Assembly (NCBI GenBank): GCA_965198175.1
Contig: OZ240245.1
Coordinates: 768,001-832,000 of the forward strand
DNA: 64,000 nt
From: Candidatus Poribacteria bacterium
Lineage (GTDB): Bacteria > Poribacteria > WGA-4E > PCPOR2b
Direction of reading: 5' to 3'
Part shown: piece after piece, positions 39,866-50,640 of the stretch
Position numbering within the stretch: the stretch's first letter is position 1
How the letters are laid out: every line of letters begins with the position of its first letter
Program-made: the position numbers and the translations under genes
The notes under the pieces: model-generated
Database searches by the model: none
The model's input: only the letters and a program-made list of their open reading frames with translations
Told to the model about the DNA's origin: nothing

Positions 39866-39923
39866 ACTCTCCAAGTGGCGCGTTTTTAGGATTCTATATT
39901 GCCTGACGCCGAAGGCTGACACC

Positions 39924-41891
39924 ATGAAACATATAGGATTGATCGTCAGCTACTTTCGCTTTGCCTCTCGAATTGTGCTGGTGTTATTGATTCTGACACC
40001 TGCGCACGGGTGGGGCTTAGAAGATAAGATTGTTTTCGTTTCCAAGCGCAACGCTACCCCCCAAGTTTTCCTGGTTGAAGGCTTGAACGGCAGACCGATT
40101 CAGCTCACACGAAATATGTTTGCGAGTTGGCCCTCAATTTCTCCGGATGGGGCTGAGGTCGTCTTCGTCTCTCGCCCGCCGGGCGGACTATCAAATATCT
40201 TCAAACTGCACATCGCAACGCGAAAAATCGAGAGATTGACGGACGAAGCCGAATCGAATACAAAATACAACGACCTGGATTGGTCGCCTGATGGGCGGCA
40301 AATCCTGTTTCTCAAGCGTCTACGGATACCAAATCCTCTAAATCGTGAAAAAACTGTTCTGTGTGTGATGGACATGAAAACTCGCGATATACGGCATGTC
40401 CTTCAACCGCAGCGGCCAACTTCTATTTTCCATCCCAGTTGGTCGCCCGATAGTCAGCGCATCTTATACCTCCATCTCCGAAAATCCCAAAAAGATTCAG
40501 AACCGTACATCCTTACGCTGTTTATTACTGACGATAATGGGAATAACGTTGTTGAGGTTAGGCGAGACAACCTGGGATTTCGACCCGAATGGTTATCACC
40601 GGTTGCAGTACCCACCTGGTCACCGAGCCGGGTCCAAATCGCCTACCTCGACTTCATTGCGACCATTCAACACCCTCCGAATCCATTCCAAATCTACTCC
40701 ATGAATCTGGATGATGGGATGGTTACCGCTTTAACATTTGAGGGTGCCGAAAACAGATCGCCATTGGCTTGGCGTTCTGATGGTCGAAAGATTTTATCCC
40801 TCATTTCGTCTCCATTCTACCAAAAAGTTCAATCGGCGGACATCTATGTCATGGACCCCGATGGCGAAAACATGATAAATTTAACGCAGTCGCCGGAGAG
40901 AGAAGGGACGGCAACCTGGTCACCCGACGGGAAGCAGATTGTGTTTAGCCGGTGGTTGAACAATGGGGGATCGGCGATTTTCGTGATGGATGCGAACGGT
41001 CAAAATCAGCAGCGTCTGACGTTTGAGCCCGGTATTAACTATGCACCTCATTGGTCTCCAGACGGGGACAGAATCGCCTTCCAGTCAAATCGAGATGGCG
41101 CACTTAGAATTTACATCATGGACACAAATGGGCAAAATGTCCGACAGATTACGCATCGGCAGCGCACAATTGATGGCGGGCCGGCTTGGTCACCCGACGG
41201 CAAATGGCTGGCTTTCGGGTCTGGCGATAGAGGGAGTTGGGGGCTTTATCTCATTGATCCACAGGGTCGCAACGAAACACGGATTTTTCATTCCAACGTG
41301 AGTGAACTGGACTTTCATTCGACTAGCTATCCTGCCTGGTCGCCCGATAGTCAGCATCTGGTTTTTGTCGACCCCTGGAGGGAAGGCGCTGTCGGCTTAA
41401 TAAAGATTCGTGTTGACGGAGGATTGCCAACCTCGTTAAGCACGGACGAATTTACACCTGTATGGGGGCCCGCGTGGTCGCCGGATGGAAACAGTCTTCT
41501 TTTTGGAGCACGAAAGAATAGAGGACGAATCGTGATCGATGATGAAGCCGTAATGATCTTAATGAACCTCGATACGTCGGAAAGCCGTCATTTCATCTTG
41601 CCGGGCATTCACGAATTACTTTTGGAATCAGGTTTTAGTCTTCTCCGATTAGTTTGGGCGCCGGATGGGTCGCAACTCATGCTATCAGTCGGGCAAATAG
41701 GGGCAGACACTCCACAGGAAAAAAGGCTCTATTTGATTGATATCGCCAGCGAAACTGTGAGGCCATGGATGACCAATGCATATGCGGCGGATTGGGTCAG
41801 ACCGGGATTTGTGTATGCTGTCAACCCCCGCGGAAAACGCATTGTTACATGGGGACAAATAAAAACACGGAGGGCCCTGAAACACAAGTAA
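39924..41891 (+). CDS. Secreted TolB-like/PD40 beta-propeller protein with C-terminal TW..K motif
   Basis: Many P.WSPDG repeats, N-terminal hydrophobic segment; ends AVNPRGKRIVTWGQIKTRRALKHK; the ATG at 39861 lies inside a repeat, so 39924 is preferred. Confidence 0.85.
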   Translation: MKHIGLIVSYFRFASRIVLVLLILTPAHGWGLEDKIVFVSKRNATPQVFLVEGLNGRPIQLTRNMFASWPSISPDGAEVVFVSRPPGGLSNIFKLHIATRKIERLTDEAESNTKYNDLDWSPDGRQILFLKRLRIPNPLNREKTVLCVMDMKTRDIRHVLQPQRPTSIFHPSWSPDSQRILYLHLRKSQKDSEPYILTLFITDDNGNNVVEVRRDNLGFRPEWLSPVAVPTWSPSRVQIAYLDFIATIQHPPNPFQIYSMNLDDGMVTALTFEGAENRSPLAWRSDGRKILSLISSPFYQKVQSADIYVMDPDGENMINLTQSPEREGTATWSPDGKQIVFSRWLNNGGSAIFVMDANGQNQQRLTFEPGINYAPHWSPDGDRIAFQSNRDGALRIYIMDTNGQNVRQITHRQRTIDGGPAWSPDGKWLAFGSGDRGSWGLYLIDPQGRNETRIFHSNVSELDFHSTSYPAWSPDSQHLVFVDPWREGAVGLIKIRVDGGLPTSLSTDEFTPVWGPAWSPDGNSLLFGARKNRGRIVIDDEAVMILMNLDTSESRHFILPGIHELLLESGFSLLRLVWAPDGSQLMLSVGQIGADTPQEKRLYLIDIASETVRPWMTNAYAADWVRPGFVYAVNPRGKRIVTWGQIKTRRALKHK

Positions 41892-42166
41892 TCCCCTGAA
41901 GTCAGAGAATTACATCAAGTGAAACAAATCAAACTAGCGATGACAGCTTCACATGCCACAAAGATTATAAGAGTATTCACTTGAAGATAGATAAGGCTAT
42001 TTGTTGATACCGAAATTCCTTAAAGTGGCCCCCATAGTCTAGACCGAATCAGCTCACAAATTGTGAGGAAGGTCAGAACGTTGTTGAGTATTTATTTGAT
42101 TTTCATGAAGCAGATTTCAATATCTCGATTCCGCACGATTTTTTTTCACGTTCAGGAAAACGAAAT

Positions 42167-43228
42167 TTGATGGCTAGGAATAAGATACGCATGAATAAGA
42201 GTGAACCGCTCACAGGCAGAATTCTTGTCGTTGATGGGGAAACCTCAGTCGCTGAAGTATTATCGATATTTTTGGAAGAAGCGGGTCATGATGTCACAAG
42301 CTCGACCACCGGCGCAGAAGCGATTCAGCTCATCAAAGAAGATGTGTATGACGTTGTTTTGACAGATCTGGTCCTACCGGATATCAGTGAAGGCGAGAGG
42401 TTGAGCGGCGGGTTGAAGCTTCTAGAGTTTGCGAAGCAGGTTGATTCCTCTGTTGAAGTCATTATCATTACGAGTCACGGCACGCTCAATACGATTAAGC
42501 GTGCAATGCGATTAGGCGCCTACGATTTTATTGTGAAACCTCCGAATTGGGAGGAGGTTATTCAAAACGTTGAAAGCGCACTCGTTAAGCGCCGATTGAC
42601 GGTTGAACGGGAGAAATTGGCTCGTGAAGTTAAACAGTCCCGTGAAAGCGACATGACGAGACTTCTACAACTTTATGATAATCTTGCCAGCGAAATGAAG
42701 CAAGCTAGGGCGGATAATCAAGAATTGTTCGATCTGGCGACGCGCGATGGCGTAACAAACCTATACAACCATCGCTATTTTAAGTCACAACTTCAAAACC
42801 TGATGCACGAGCGACCCCTGAAGCAGTCGATGTCATTAGTTATGATTGATACAGATAATTTCAAACTCTATAATGATCGGTACGGACATCTGAAAGGGGA
42901 CAAGGTTCTTCGAGAAATTGCTAGTGTGCTCACTCGCAACATTCGCGACACTGACATCGCCGCACGATACGGCGGTGACGAATTCATTGTCCTTCTACTT
43001 GAAACAGACAAAAACCAGGCAATCCAGTTTGCGGAACGATGTGTGCTTTTGGTTAGCGAACATTCGTTTAATGAAGGGCATCCGGAATATAAATTGACGA
43101 TTAGCGCTGGGGTTGCCACCTGTCCGGAAGATGCAACCAATCCAGACGAACTTATTGATAAAGCAGATAAGCGATGCTATGCAGCAAAGCAAGCCGGACG
43201 CAACAAGGTCCGGGCAGTTGAATCGTGA
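42167..43228 (+). CDS. Response regulator-diguanylate cyclase (REC-GGDEF)
   Basis: REC domain (TDLVLPD, KP), DGVTNLYN, RDTD I-site, RYGGDEF; start may be 42191. Confidence 0.92.
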   Translation: MMARNKIRMNKSEPLTGRILVVDGETSVAEVLSIFLEEAGHDVTSSTTGAEAIQLIKEDVYDVVLTDLVLPDISEGERLSGGLKLLEFAKQVDSSVEVIIITSHGTLNTIKRAMRLGAYDFIVKPPNWEEVIQNVESALVKRRLTVEREKLAREVKQSRESDMTRLLQLYDNLASEMKQARADNQELFDLATRDGVTNLYNHRYFKSQLQNLMHERPLKQSMSLVMIDTDNFKLYNDRYGHLKGDKVLREIASVLTRNIRDTDIAARYGGDEFIVLLLETDKNQAIQFAERCVLLVSEHSFNEGHPEYKLTISAGVATCPEDATNPDELIDKADKRCYAAKQAGRNKVRAVES

Positions 43229-43235
43229 AATTCGC

Positions 43236-43265
43236 TTGACAAGTCCAATGTCCGTAATGTACACT
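43236..43265 (+). promoter_or_regulatory. Putative tRNA promoter
   Basis: TTGACA-N18-TACACT upstream of the tRNA. Confidence 0.5.
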
Positions 43266-43310
43266 CTATACGTTAATTTGTGCTGCAACGCTTTTCTCTC
43301 TCTTCTTTCT

Positions 43311-43397
43311 GCCGGGATGTTGGAATTTGGTAGACAAGCTAGATTCAGGATCTAGTGGGCGCTTTTGCCCGTAGGGGTTCGAGTCCCCTTCCCGGCA
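43311..43397 (+). tRNA. tRNA-Leu (CAG)
   Basis: Acceptor GCCGGGA/TCCCGGC, anticodon arm CTAGA-TTCAGGA-TCTAG, long variable arm, GGTTCGAGTCC T loop; CCA not encoded. Confidence 0.93.
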
Positions 43398-43448
43398 TTC
43401 ATTTTAATAGCAACTCCATAGAGTGTCGTTACTTCCCCCCGATTGCTC

Positions 43449-44684
43449 TCATTTATCCCGGCGCAAGGTTTCTGGGACGAGCCAAAGGAAGATTGCAACT
43501 CCCGTATATCCAATTCCTGCCAAAACGAAAGCTGAGGTTGCCAGTCCCCACACCTCCGCGATGTTTCCCACAACCAAGGGACCTGTGACGGCGCCGGCAT
43601 CCCCAATCAGCCGCCATACTCCGAGGAATTCGCCTGTTCCTTTACTGGGAGCCAGATCGGCGCCAAGCGTCATCATGGTTCCAGATCCAAGTCCATTCCC
43701 AAACCCCATAACAATGGTTGCAACGAGCAGTGATGCGAAACTCCCTGTGAACGGTACTATCGCCATCCCCAGTCCAAAAATTAAGAAGCAGGGAACAACA
43801 GCGTATCTTCTGCCGAACCGATCCATTATGAATCCAGCCAGCGGAAACATCGACATGTCAACAAATGCGGAAATGCTGAGAATTAGCCCTACTGCTTGAA
43901 CATCTAGCCCAATGATTTCGCTGCCATAGAGTGGAATAATAATCCCCCTACCTGCCCGAAGCGCTTGTGCGCAGACGTGCGCAGCACCCGCTGTAGCCAA
44001 TGCACGATAATGCGACTTCAACACATCGACAAATCGTTTCCAATATACCGTATGATGAATTGTTGCGGAATGCAGTTTCCTTCTGACAATGAAGAACAGA
44101 GAAAGAAGGAAATTGATCGCCATAATTGTCGAATACAGAAAAAAGGGAGACCGCAGTCCGTAATGTATGCCCAAATAACCCCCGACAGCGGGACCCAAAA
44201 AAGTTCCGGTTCGGTTGATACCGCCAAACAGCGCAAGTGATCTGCCGCGCGCCGTAAGTGGGATGGCATCTGTCATGTATGTATATCGAGCAACCGTCCA
44301 TAGCGCTCCTCCAATGCCTCCAATCAGTTGGTAGACAATCAATTCGAAGAAGGAGTGAGCAAGTCCGATGCCGAGCATGGATAGCCCCAACACGACAGCC
44401 CCAATTAACATGGACAACTTGCGTCCAATCCGATCTAGCAAGATACCGGCAGGCACGTCGGCTATTAATATACCGACTTCATGTATGGCGACAGCTAGAC
44501 CGATTAGGCTGAGGGAGACGTTGAACGATTTCGCGTATAGTGGAAGTGTTGGGATGAGGGCTCCTTGCCCAAAGGAAAGTAGAAAGGTTGGAAGATAAAT
44601 CGGCAGGCATAGCGATCTCCACGTAAACGGAGTCTTCTGTTGGTTTTGCATTATATCGGTTTTTATGTTAGTCGCATCTCTCAC
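43449..44684 (-). CDS. MFS transporter
   Basis: About 12 hydrophobic segments, GILLDRIGRK and GFIMDRFGRR motif A; start may be 44651. Confidence 0.92.
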   Translation of the reverse strand: MRDATNIKTDIMQNQQKTPFTWRSLCLPIYLPTFLLSFGQGALIPTLPLYAKSFNVSLSLIGLAVAIHEVGILIADVPAGILLDRIGRKLSMLIGAVVLGLSMLGIGLAHSFFELIVYQLIGGIGGALWTVARYTYMTDAIPLTARGRSLALFGGINRTGTFLGPAVGGYLGIHYGLRSPFFLYSTIMAINFLLSLFFIVRRKLHSATIHHTVYWKRFVDVLKSHYRALATAGAAHVCAQALRAGRGIIIPLYGSEIIGLDVQAVGLILSISAFVDMSMFPLAGFIMDRFGRRYAVVPCFLIFGLGMAIVPFTGSFASLLVATIVMGFGNGLGSGTMMTLGADLAPSKGTGEFLGVWRLIGDAGAVTGPLVVGNIAEVWGLATSAFVLAGIGYTGVAIFLWLVPETLRRDK

Positions 44685-45450
44685 GAAAGATTCTCTCGGC
44701 TATTGCCTCATTGTCGTGGAGATATTCCGCGATTTTCACTAAGGGCGCTGTCCAGATGCGATCACGAGCAGCATCAAGATGGGCTAACACCTCCTCAAAA
44801 TCTGACCGTGCGACTAGCAGGTGACCCTCACCAACCCCGTGAAAGGTGAGGATGCTCCATCCGCCTTGATGTGCAGTCTGCTCAACCAGTCCAATCAGTT
44901 CCGTAGCACTGCGCTGTTCACACTTGAATGAGTTCAAGCAGTGCACGTCTGCATGATAGGGTGAATTGATTGAATTGGACATCTCGCCCCCTGCCCGTGC
45001 GGCGAAGAATACCTTCGCCACAATTGGGACATAGCTTCTTCGATTAAGCCCTTTCCCAACGAATGTATTATAGCAAGGGTAACAGAAAGTCCATCGCGTC
45101 ACTTCTGGATAAACGGCTTTGAATCGTTTGTCTGCTTCAACCAATTCAACTTCAATTTCTTCGAGTGTCCGATACTCGAGTCCCCGGTGTTTAGGCGCCA
45201 TTACACCTGCACTACTACACCAATGATGTATCGAATGGTTGCCAATCTCGTGCCCGGCTTCAAAAGCGGGGCGAAAACGTGCTAACGCTTTCTGCCCATC
45301 ATCCTCGCCACTTGCCGTGATGTAAAATGTTCCCCGTAACCCGTATTTTTCCAGCAACGGTACTGCTGTGTCGATATGCGAACGCATTCCATCATCAAAC
45401 GTCAAGCTAATGGCAGCCTGCTTGTCACCGTTCCACAAGAATTCCTGCAT
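44668..45450 (-). CDS. Polysaccharide deacetylase (CE4)
   Basis: SLTFDDG, HEIGNHSIHH, FCYP, LTFH. Confidence 0.88.
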   Translation of the reverse strand: MQEFLWNGDKQAAISLTFDDGMRSHIDTAVPLLEKYGLRGTFYITASGEDDGQKALARFRPAFEAGHEIGNHSIHHWCSSAGVMAPKHRGLEYRTLEEIEVELVEADKRFKAVYPEVTRWTFCYPCYNTFVGKGLNRRSYVPIVAKVFFAARAGGEMSNSINSPYHADVHCLNSFKCEQRSATELIGLVEQTAHQGGWSILTFHGVGEGHLLVARSDFEEVLAHLDAARDRIWTAPLVKIAEYLHDNEAIAERIFRERCD

Positions 45451-45524
45451 TTCTCCACCTCATTATATCTACATACGCTGAATCAATTAACAACATCGTT
45501 ATCGCCTCGCTTATCAAGCATCTA

Positions 45525-46709
45525 CTAACTCGCTTTCTTGTTGTGCCACAGGTGCTTCTTGGCTTCTTCTTCGTTGAGATCCGTCCCCCAGCCCGGTCCT
45601 GTGGGGATGCTCATGTTCCCTGCGACAATCTCCGGCGGATGGGTTACCAGGTCGTTCTTCCAGGGAACATCGTCAATGTCGATCTCCATAATCCGCACAT
45701 TGGGAAGAACCGCGCACAAGCTAGCACTGATGAAGGAAGCAAGATGGCTATAATAGTTATGAGGCGCAATGTTGAGTTGGAAGACTTCGGCGAGGTCGCC
45801 TACTTTCTTGGACTGGGAAAAACCGTTCCAGGGAACGTCCACCATAAATACATCGGCGGCATGTCGTTCAAAGTAAGGCATATAGTCGCGCATATAATAC
45901 AGGTTTTCGCCGGTGCATATCTTGGTGGAAGTGGACTGCTTAATTTGGAGGATGGCATCTGGATCGTACATGTCAATTTCCAGCCACAGCAGATCGAACT
46001 GCTCCAGCATCTTAGCGACCCGCATACACGCTTCGGGCTTAAAATTGAAGTTGAGATCGAGGTTAATGTCTACGTCGGAACCAACAGCATTCCTGAATGT
46101 CCCAATTAGAGTCTCAATGTGCTGTAGAAGCTGTTTGGTAATGACCTGGTCCGTCGTACCGGGGCCGCCACCAAAGCCGGGGAAAAATACTTCGGCAGGC
46201 ACACCGGGCATGACAATGTTAGTTTTGAGGGCGGTAAATCCCCTGCTGACTACCTCATGGCCTAACTCCGAAATGTCGTCCATACTCTTTAGTGGAGGAG
46301 TGCTAAGAAGTTCAGAATGGATTGCTCTAGTGGTGGCGCAATGTGACCAGTAGAGGCGCACTGCTTCACGGGTAGGACCGCCGAACAGTTCGACGACAGA
46401 GATGCCTAGAGCCTTAGCTTTTATGTCTATCAGCGCACATTCAATCCCCGCGATCGCCTTGGCTGCTATTCCGCCCGGACTCTGGCGTGTGCTTCGAATC
46501 ATGTCCCAGAACCGCATTTCGTAAGCTCTAGGGTCTTTGCCGATGAGGATGGGCCTGATGTCTTCGATTGTTCCTATGATGCCGTAAGGGCTCTTGCTGT
46601 CGCTACACTCCCCATATCCGGTTATGCCCTCGTTTGTCTGTACTTTGACGAATGTCCAGGGCCTCCAGCCGCCGTCCACAACAAAAGTGTCGATATCGGT
46701 AATTTGCAT
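45525..46709 (-). CDS. Mandelate racemase/muconate lactonizing enzyme family protein
   Basis: ALIDIKAK, FTALKTN, DLN, WLEID, TGEN, APHN. Confidence 0.88.
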   Translation of the reverse strand: MQITDIDTFVVDGGWRPWTFVKVQTNEGITGYGECSDSKSPYGIIGTIEDIRPILIGKDPRAYEMRFWDMIRSTRQSPGGIAAKAIAGIECALIDIKAKALGISVVELFGGPTREAVRLYWSHCATTRAIHSELLSTPPLKSMDDISELGHEVVSRGFTALKTNIVMPGVPAEVFFPGFGGGPGTTDQVITKQLLQHIETLIGTFRNAVGSDVDINLDLNFNFKPEACMRVAKMLEQFDLLWLEIDMYDPDAILQIKQSTSTKICTGENLYYMRDYMPYFERHAADVFMVDVPWNGFSQSKKVGDLAEVFQLNIAPHNYYSHLASFISASLCAVLPNVRIMEIDIDDVPWKNDLVTHPPEIVAGNMSIPTGPGWGTDLNEEEAKKHLWHNKKAS

Positions 46710-46821
46710 GTCACCCTCCAACTATCAGCAATAAAAAGAGTGATAGAACAGGATTCTAAACTTGGAGATTGATTATCGAATTTACGTCCCAAGGATGACG
46801 GTAAGACAAAATTGGGATGGT

Positions 46822-48267
46822 TTACTTTCTGGAGATGTTTCGTAACGTATGAATTGATAAGTCGCCTGCGATGGTCAATTGCCGCCGAGAAGTAAAGGTC
46901 CGTGGGCGTGTATAGCCTTCGCCGGTTGGCCCTGCGATGGTCATTGCTAGAAATCCTTCACCGTCAATTGCGGCACAAGCGTAAGAGGGAGCGTTCACAA
47001 CGACGACGTTTGCGTTTATTGTCCTCGTGAACTGCGTGACTCGTGCCATGTTGTTGGTGTGGAGCACGATAGTGTGCTTCCGCCCGCCATCTGCGGCGAC
47101 TGCCCCTTCAACCGCTTCGTCGAAATCGCTGACACGCACAACAGGGAGAATCGGCATAAGGTATTCGTTAATGACAAAGTGGTGATTTGCGGGGACTTCT
47201 ACAATGATGACAACGGTGTTCGCGGGAGCGTTGATGCCTGCGGCGTCAAGAATCAGCGTTGCATCTTTGCCGACATACTCCCGGTTCACCTCTCCGCCTT
47301 TGTCAACAACGTTTTGTAATTTCTTGAGTTCGCCCGTGCGGATGAGGTAGCCTCCATTCTGAGTAAGTTCGCTAATGGCTTCATCAGAAACGGATTCAAC
47401 GACAAAGAGCGCTTTTTCACCGACGCAGAGCAGGTTGTTGTCGAAACTCGCGCCGAGGATGACATCGTTAGCGGCTTTTTTGACATCCGCTGTTTCGTCA
47501 ATAATTGCCGGCGGATTACCCGGACCTGCCGCGATGGCTTTCTTACCGCTGGACAACGCAGCTCTGACAACGCTCCCGCCACCTGTGGCAACGAGCATTG
47601 ATACATCCGGGTGACTCATAATCTCTTTTGCCGTACGTAAGCTCGCCTTTGCAACGGTTGTTAGAAGATTGGACGGTCCCCCCGCTTTAACGATTGCCCC
47701 ATTGATTACGCGCATTGTCTCTTCCGTACATTCCTGTGCGTTCGGGTGTGGGCTGAAGACAACCGAGTTTCCCGCTGCAAGCATAATGATTGCGTGATTA
47801 ATCACCGTCGATGTTGGGTTGGTTGTCGGTGTAATCGAATTGATGACACCGAAGGGCGCATATTCGACGAGCAACAACCCCGAATCTCCCGTTGTCGTTT
47901 CTGATTGCAAATCTTCCACGCCGGGCGAAAGCTTTGCAGCCGCTTCATTCTTCATGGTCTTGTGCTCGACGGTTCCCATATCTGTGTCTTTGACCGCTAG
48001 CTCTGCTAACCGCCTCGCATGTTCGAGAGAAGCCTTCCTGATTGCTTCGATGATTTCTACTCGCTTGGTAAACCCGAGTGCCACAAATTCGGACTGCGCC
48101 GCTTTTGCCGCTTCAACTGCCCGATCAACGGTAGGATGAACCACCGAGTCGGACGTGCCTGAAAGCGCGGGTGCAGGAGCTTGTGATAAAATCTGACCGT
48201 CATCTCGAAGATTCCTGACAACTTGTGCGACGATTTCTTCAACCTGTTTCTGATCGATTTCCGCCAT
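46822..48267 (-). CDS. CoA-acylating aldehyde dehydrogenase (EutE/PduP-like) with N-terminal encapsulation peptide
   Basis: PTTNPT, AGPGNPP, SFDNNLLCVGEK, IAGPTGEG; N-terminal IDQKQVEEIVAQVVRNL followed by a Pro/Ser/Ala linker. Confidence 0.88.
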   Translation of the reverse strand: MAEIDQKQVEEIVAQVVRNLRDDGQILSQAPAPALSGTSDSVVHPTVDRAVEAAKAAQSEFVALGFTKRVEIIEAIRKASLEHARRLAELAVKDTDMGTVEHKTMKNEAAAKLSPGVEDLQSETTTGDSGLLLVEYAPFGVINSITPTTNPTSTVINHAIIMLAAGNSVVFSPHPNAQECTEETMRVINGAIVKAGGPSNLLTTVAKASLRTAKEIMSHPDVSMLVATGGGSVVRAALSSGKKAIAAGPGNPPAIIDETADVKKAANDVILGASFDNNLLCVGEKALFVVESVSDEAISELTQNGGYLIRTGELKKLQNVVDKGGEVNREYVGKDATLILDAAGINAPANTVVIIVEVPANHHFVINEYLMPILPVVRVSDFDEAVEGAVAADGGRKHTIVLHTNNMARVTQFTRTINANVVVVNAPSYACAAIDGEGFLAMTIAGPTGEGYTRPRTFTSRRQLTIAGDLSIHTLRNISRK

Positions 48268-48478
48268 ATATACCTCCAAATTAGGTATTTGGAACTGCCC
48301 GCCTATGCTGCATCAAGGAGACAAAGATTGGACATGAGAAGGTCGCTGAACTATGAATCGACTTAAAGGCACAAATTTCTGCTAACGAACCGATGCCAAG
48401 GTGATGTTGAATTTTCAAGAAGGGCGGTGTCTGTGCTTTGGAATAATGGGAAAAGTGAATGCTAATTCAATACCAAGT

Positions 48479-49192
48479 TTAAGGACACAACGTAACTATC
48501 TGACCGTCGGTCTGAACAGGCACAACATCAACGAGATTCAGCCGCGCACAAAATTCGAGATCGTCTGCCAATCCAATCTCAGCAAGTTTTCGACCATGAT
48601 AGCAATCTTCCAGCATGCCGAGTAGATTATGGCGATACGTTCGATAGAGGATGTTCGCTGCTTCAGCAGCATCGGTCAGATGCACCGCGCTCAACGATGC
48701 TACACACGCACCAGCGAAGACGGTGTCTTCCATGCAGAAACGGCCCTCTCGCCCAGCGCACACAAAGGCAACCTCACCTTCGACTTGCATTAGAAAGTTG
48801 ATGATAGCTTGAAGATTGAGGAAGCATCCAACAAGTACTTGTTTAGCAGAGCGACACGCCCATAAGGTGCGTGTCCCATTTGTTGTTGTCAAAACGATTC
48901 GTTTGCCTGAAACAGCCGTTTTGGTGTACTCACACGGCGAATTCCCAAGATTGAAACCATTAACCTTTTTCCCGTGGCGCTCTCCACAAATTATCGTATT
49001 CGGTTGATTCGCGGCAAGCTCAAATGCGTCATCGGGCGTTAAAACGGGGGATATGCTGAGTGCGCCATTTGCCATCGCAAACGTGATAGTGGTTGTAGCA
49101 CGCAAAATATCCGCAACGACGACAGTTTTGTCGGTGGGCGGGGAAAAAGGTAGAAGATCGGGTGTGAAAATAACATCAATGGAAGCGGGCAT
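48479..49192 (-). CDS. comB: 2-phosphosulfolactate phosphatase family protein
   Basis: DILRATTT, GER.G....GFNLGNSP, TTTNGT, EDT. Confidence 0.88.
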   Translation of the reverse strand: MPASIDVIFTPDLLPFSPPTDKTVVVADILRATTTITFAMANGALSISPVLTPDDAFELAANQPNTIICGERHGKKVNGFNLGNSPCEYTKTAVSGKRIVLTTTNGTRTLWACRSAKQVLVGCFLNLQAIINFLMQVEGEVAFVCAGREGRFCMEDTVFAGACVASLSAVHLTDAAEAANILYRTYRHNLLGMLEDCYHGRKLAEIGLADDLEFCARLNLVDVVPVQTDGQIVTLCP

Positions 49193-49255
49193 TCTCGGAT
49201 CGCGAATTGGACAGTGAAAACTATACCTTTCTCTACACGCAATACGTTACACTCA

Positions 49256-50629
49256 TTACGAATTCGAATCTAAAAAGTTCGTAAACACATTTCCATTTAG
49301 AAAACGTTCATCGTACAGGATTTTCGCGTGTAGAGGCAAAGTGGTCTTGATTCCTTCAATATTAAATTCTCCCAAAGCTCGCTTCGTCCGGGCGATTGCC
49401 TCCTCTCTGTTATCCCCATGCACAATGAGTTTAGCAACCAAGGAATCGTAGTAAGGTGATATGACATAGCCGGGATAAATATAGCCATCCACGCGTATGC
49501 CAATCCCTCCCGGGGGCATATATGCTTTAACTAAGCCCGGAGAAGGACGGAAATCATTATCAGGGTCTTCAGCGTTGATTCGGCACTCAATTGCATGACC
49601 GTTGATTTTAATATCCGCTTCGTTGTACCTGAGTTCCTCTCCCATTGCTAAACGAATTTGTTCTTTTACCAAATCGATTCCGGTAATCATTTCCGTTACT
49701 GGGTGCTCGACCTGTATCCGCGAGTTCATCTCAAGGAAATAGAAGTTGTCTTCGGAATTAACGACAAACTCAATTGTACCTGCGTTTGCAAAGCCAATCG
49801 ACCTTGCCGCTTTAACGGCTGCCTTGCCAATCTCGCTGCGAATCTTCGGGTTTAGTGAAGGTGCAGGCGCTTCTTCAAGCAATTTTTGGCGTTTTCGCTG
49901 AATCGAGCACGCCCGTTCACCGAGATGGATGACATTACCATAATTGTCCGCCAGAATCTGAACTTCAATGTGCCGAGCGTTCTCGATCCACTTTTCAATA
50001 TAGACCTCAGCATTGCCAAACGAAGCCTTTGCCTCTGTTTTCGCGGTGTGGAAGAGATTGAGTAGACTCATACTGTTGTGTGCAATCCGGATACCGCGTC
50101 CACCTCCTCCAGCCACCGCCTTAACACCAACGGGAAAGCCGATTTTTTCCGCAAGTCCAACGGCGTCCTCCGCGTTTTCAACAACTCCCTTTCTTAGGCT
50201 TCTCCGCAGTCCGTGACGACTACTTCGGCTGCCTGGGACCAACTTTAGCCCCGCTTTCGCCATCGTTTCTCGTGCTTCTGCTTTGTCACCCATTGTCCTC
50301 AAATTCTCGATTGACGGGCCAATGAACGTAATCTTGTGAGCCGCGCAGATTTCAGCGAACTCCGCATCCTCTGACAAAAATCCAGCGCCAGGGTGTATGG
50401 CATCTGCATTGGTCAGTTCAGCAACCGTAATGATGTTCGCCCGCTTAAGGTAGCTTTCCGCCGGAGGGGGAGGACCGATGCAAGCAGCCTCATCGGCGAG
50501 CTTGACATGCAGGCTATCTCGATCTGCAATCGAATGTACGGCAACCGTTTTAATGCCCATGTCTCGACACGCACGAATGATTCGCACAGCAATTTCGCCG
50601 CGATTTGCGATTAAGATTTTTTTGAACAT
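49256..50629 (-). CDS. accC: Biotin carboxylase
   Basis: [47 protein letters not shown]. Confidence 0.96.
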   Translation of the reverse strand: MFKKILIANRGEIAVRIIRACRDMGIKTVAVHSIADRDSLHVKLADEAACIGPPPPAESYLKRANIITVAELTNADAIHPGAGFLSEDAEFAEICAAHKITFIGPSIENLRTMGDKAEARETMAKAGLKLVPGSRSSRHGLRRSLRKGVVENAEDAVGLAEKIGFPVGVKAVAGGGGRGIRIAHNSMSLLNLFHTAKTEAKASFGNAEVYIEKWIENARHIEVQILADNYGNVIHLGERACSIQRKRQKLLEEAPAPSLNPKIRSEIGKAAVKAARSIGFANAGTIEFVVNSEDNFYFLEMNSRIQVEHPVTEMITGIDLVKEQIRLAMGEELRYNEADIKINGHAIECRINAEDPDNDFRPSPGLVKAYMPPGGIGIRVDGYIYPGYVISPYYDSLVAKLIVHGDNREEAIARTKRALGEFNIEGIKTTLPLHAKILYDERFLNGNVFTNFLDSNS

Positions 50630-50640
50630 AATTTTGAATT

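Noticed and set aside
43311..48267. Genomic island integrated at tRNA-Leu
   Set aside because: No integrase and no duplicated tRNA 3' end; the short TCGAGTCCCC match near 45176 lies inside a CDS.
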